DNA of 63,647 bases, filler included, from Choristocarpus tenellus KU-1152 (Eukaryota > Protista > Phaeophyceae): assembly GCA_964200185.2 (NCBI GenBank). It is 11 parts of 11 records of this genome, joined end to end, with 100 filler letters (N's around TTAATTAATTAA, not from the genome) between each part and the next. Parts side by side here need not be neighbours in the genome. Positions count along the whole stretch, not along the records: positions 59,077 to 63,647 come from CAXNAD020013966.1; 10 more parts are not named here. One strand, given 5' to 3'. The position numbers and the translations under genes were made by a program. Numbering within the stretch: the first letter of the stretch is position 1; the number at the start of each line of letters is the position of its first letter. This document shows positions 63,209-63,647 of this stretch, piece by piece. The notes below the pieces were generated by a model. The model saw only the letters and a list, made by a program, of their open reading frames with translations. It ran no database searches and had not been told where the DNA came from.

Positions 63209-63579
63209 CTGTGTATTTTTACTGGTCAAAAGCAGGACCAAGATTATGATTGCATGGGGAAGAATGACTGCAAAATGAAGAGGTGCTCTTCACTTTCACA
63301 GAATATGCGACAAACCATGTCGCAGCACATACTTCAGATATCAAGCTAATGGCAACAAAACCAGTAATCAGTATAAGTGTATAAGAATAAGTGTATAAGT
63401 ATAAGTGTATAAGTATAAGTGTAGATTCATGGTCTACTCGACCGAAATTGGAGGGAAGTAAGGTTTGTTCATATGAATCGACAAACATCATGAAGGGTAA
63501 TATACATGGCTTGTAGCTGAAGGTGTAGAGTTATGCATAACTCAAAAATCTGAGGGACCCTCAGACCAAAGTACTAGAA

Positions 63580-63647
63580 GAGCCAAAGTATCTTAGAGGG
63601 TAGAGCCGCGTCCATTTGGGGGTCAAAATACAATGTTGTGATTTTGA
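63580..63647. mobile_element. MITE family 1 copy J (truncated by window end)
   Basis: GAGCCAAAGTATCTTAGAGGGTAGAGCCGCGTCCATTTGGGGG. Confidence 0.93.

Overview
Eukaryotic draft-assembly DNA: 11 unrelated contigs joined by artificial 100-nt linkers (N-TTAATTAATTAA-N) at 9403-9502, 12506-12605, 15346-15445, 22019-22118, 28270-28369, 33743-33842, 42445-42544, 46756-46855, 49956-50055 and 58977-59076, so adjacency across linkers is meaningless. The host is probably a photosynthetic stramenopile such as a brown alga. This is inferred from intron-rich genes, a signal peptide followed by an F-motif presequence, a flagellar DRC5 gene and interstitial TTAGGG tracts. Host genes recognised by hand-spliced exons: NIPA/ZC3HC1-like, a plastid-targeted conserved protein, a PAK/STE20-type CRIB region, a pfkB kinase, TCTE1/DRC5, an App1-type phosphatidate phosphatase, and several unassigned genes. 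Mobile DNA: a CRE-like non-LTR retrotransposon, a decayed Ty1/copia element carrying a nested solo LTR, and two MITE families. The main MITE family (about 257 bp, 10 copies or fragments) has GAG...CTC ends and 4-bp TSDs, the Sola2 signature. The most unusual region is contig 7. It holds an intron-containing, Sola-like transposase C-terminus fused to a Tudor-like domain, and its 2.2-kb intron is a tandem array of about 355-bp units bounded by AG|GT, resembling recursive splice sites. Contig 8 carries an intron-containing ParB/DGQHR-like pseudogene with repeated palindromes upstream. All protein family calls come from motif recognition by eye; no searches were run.
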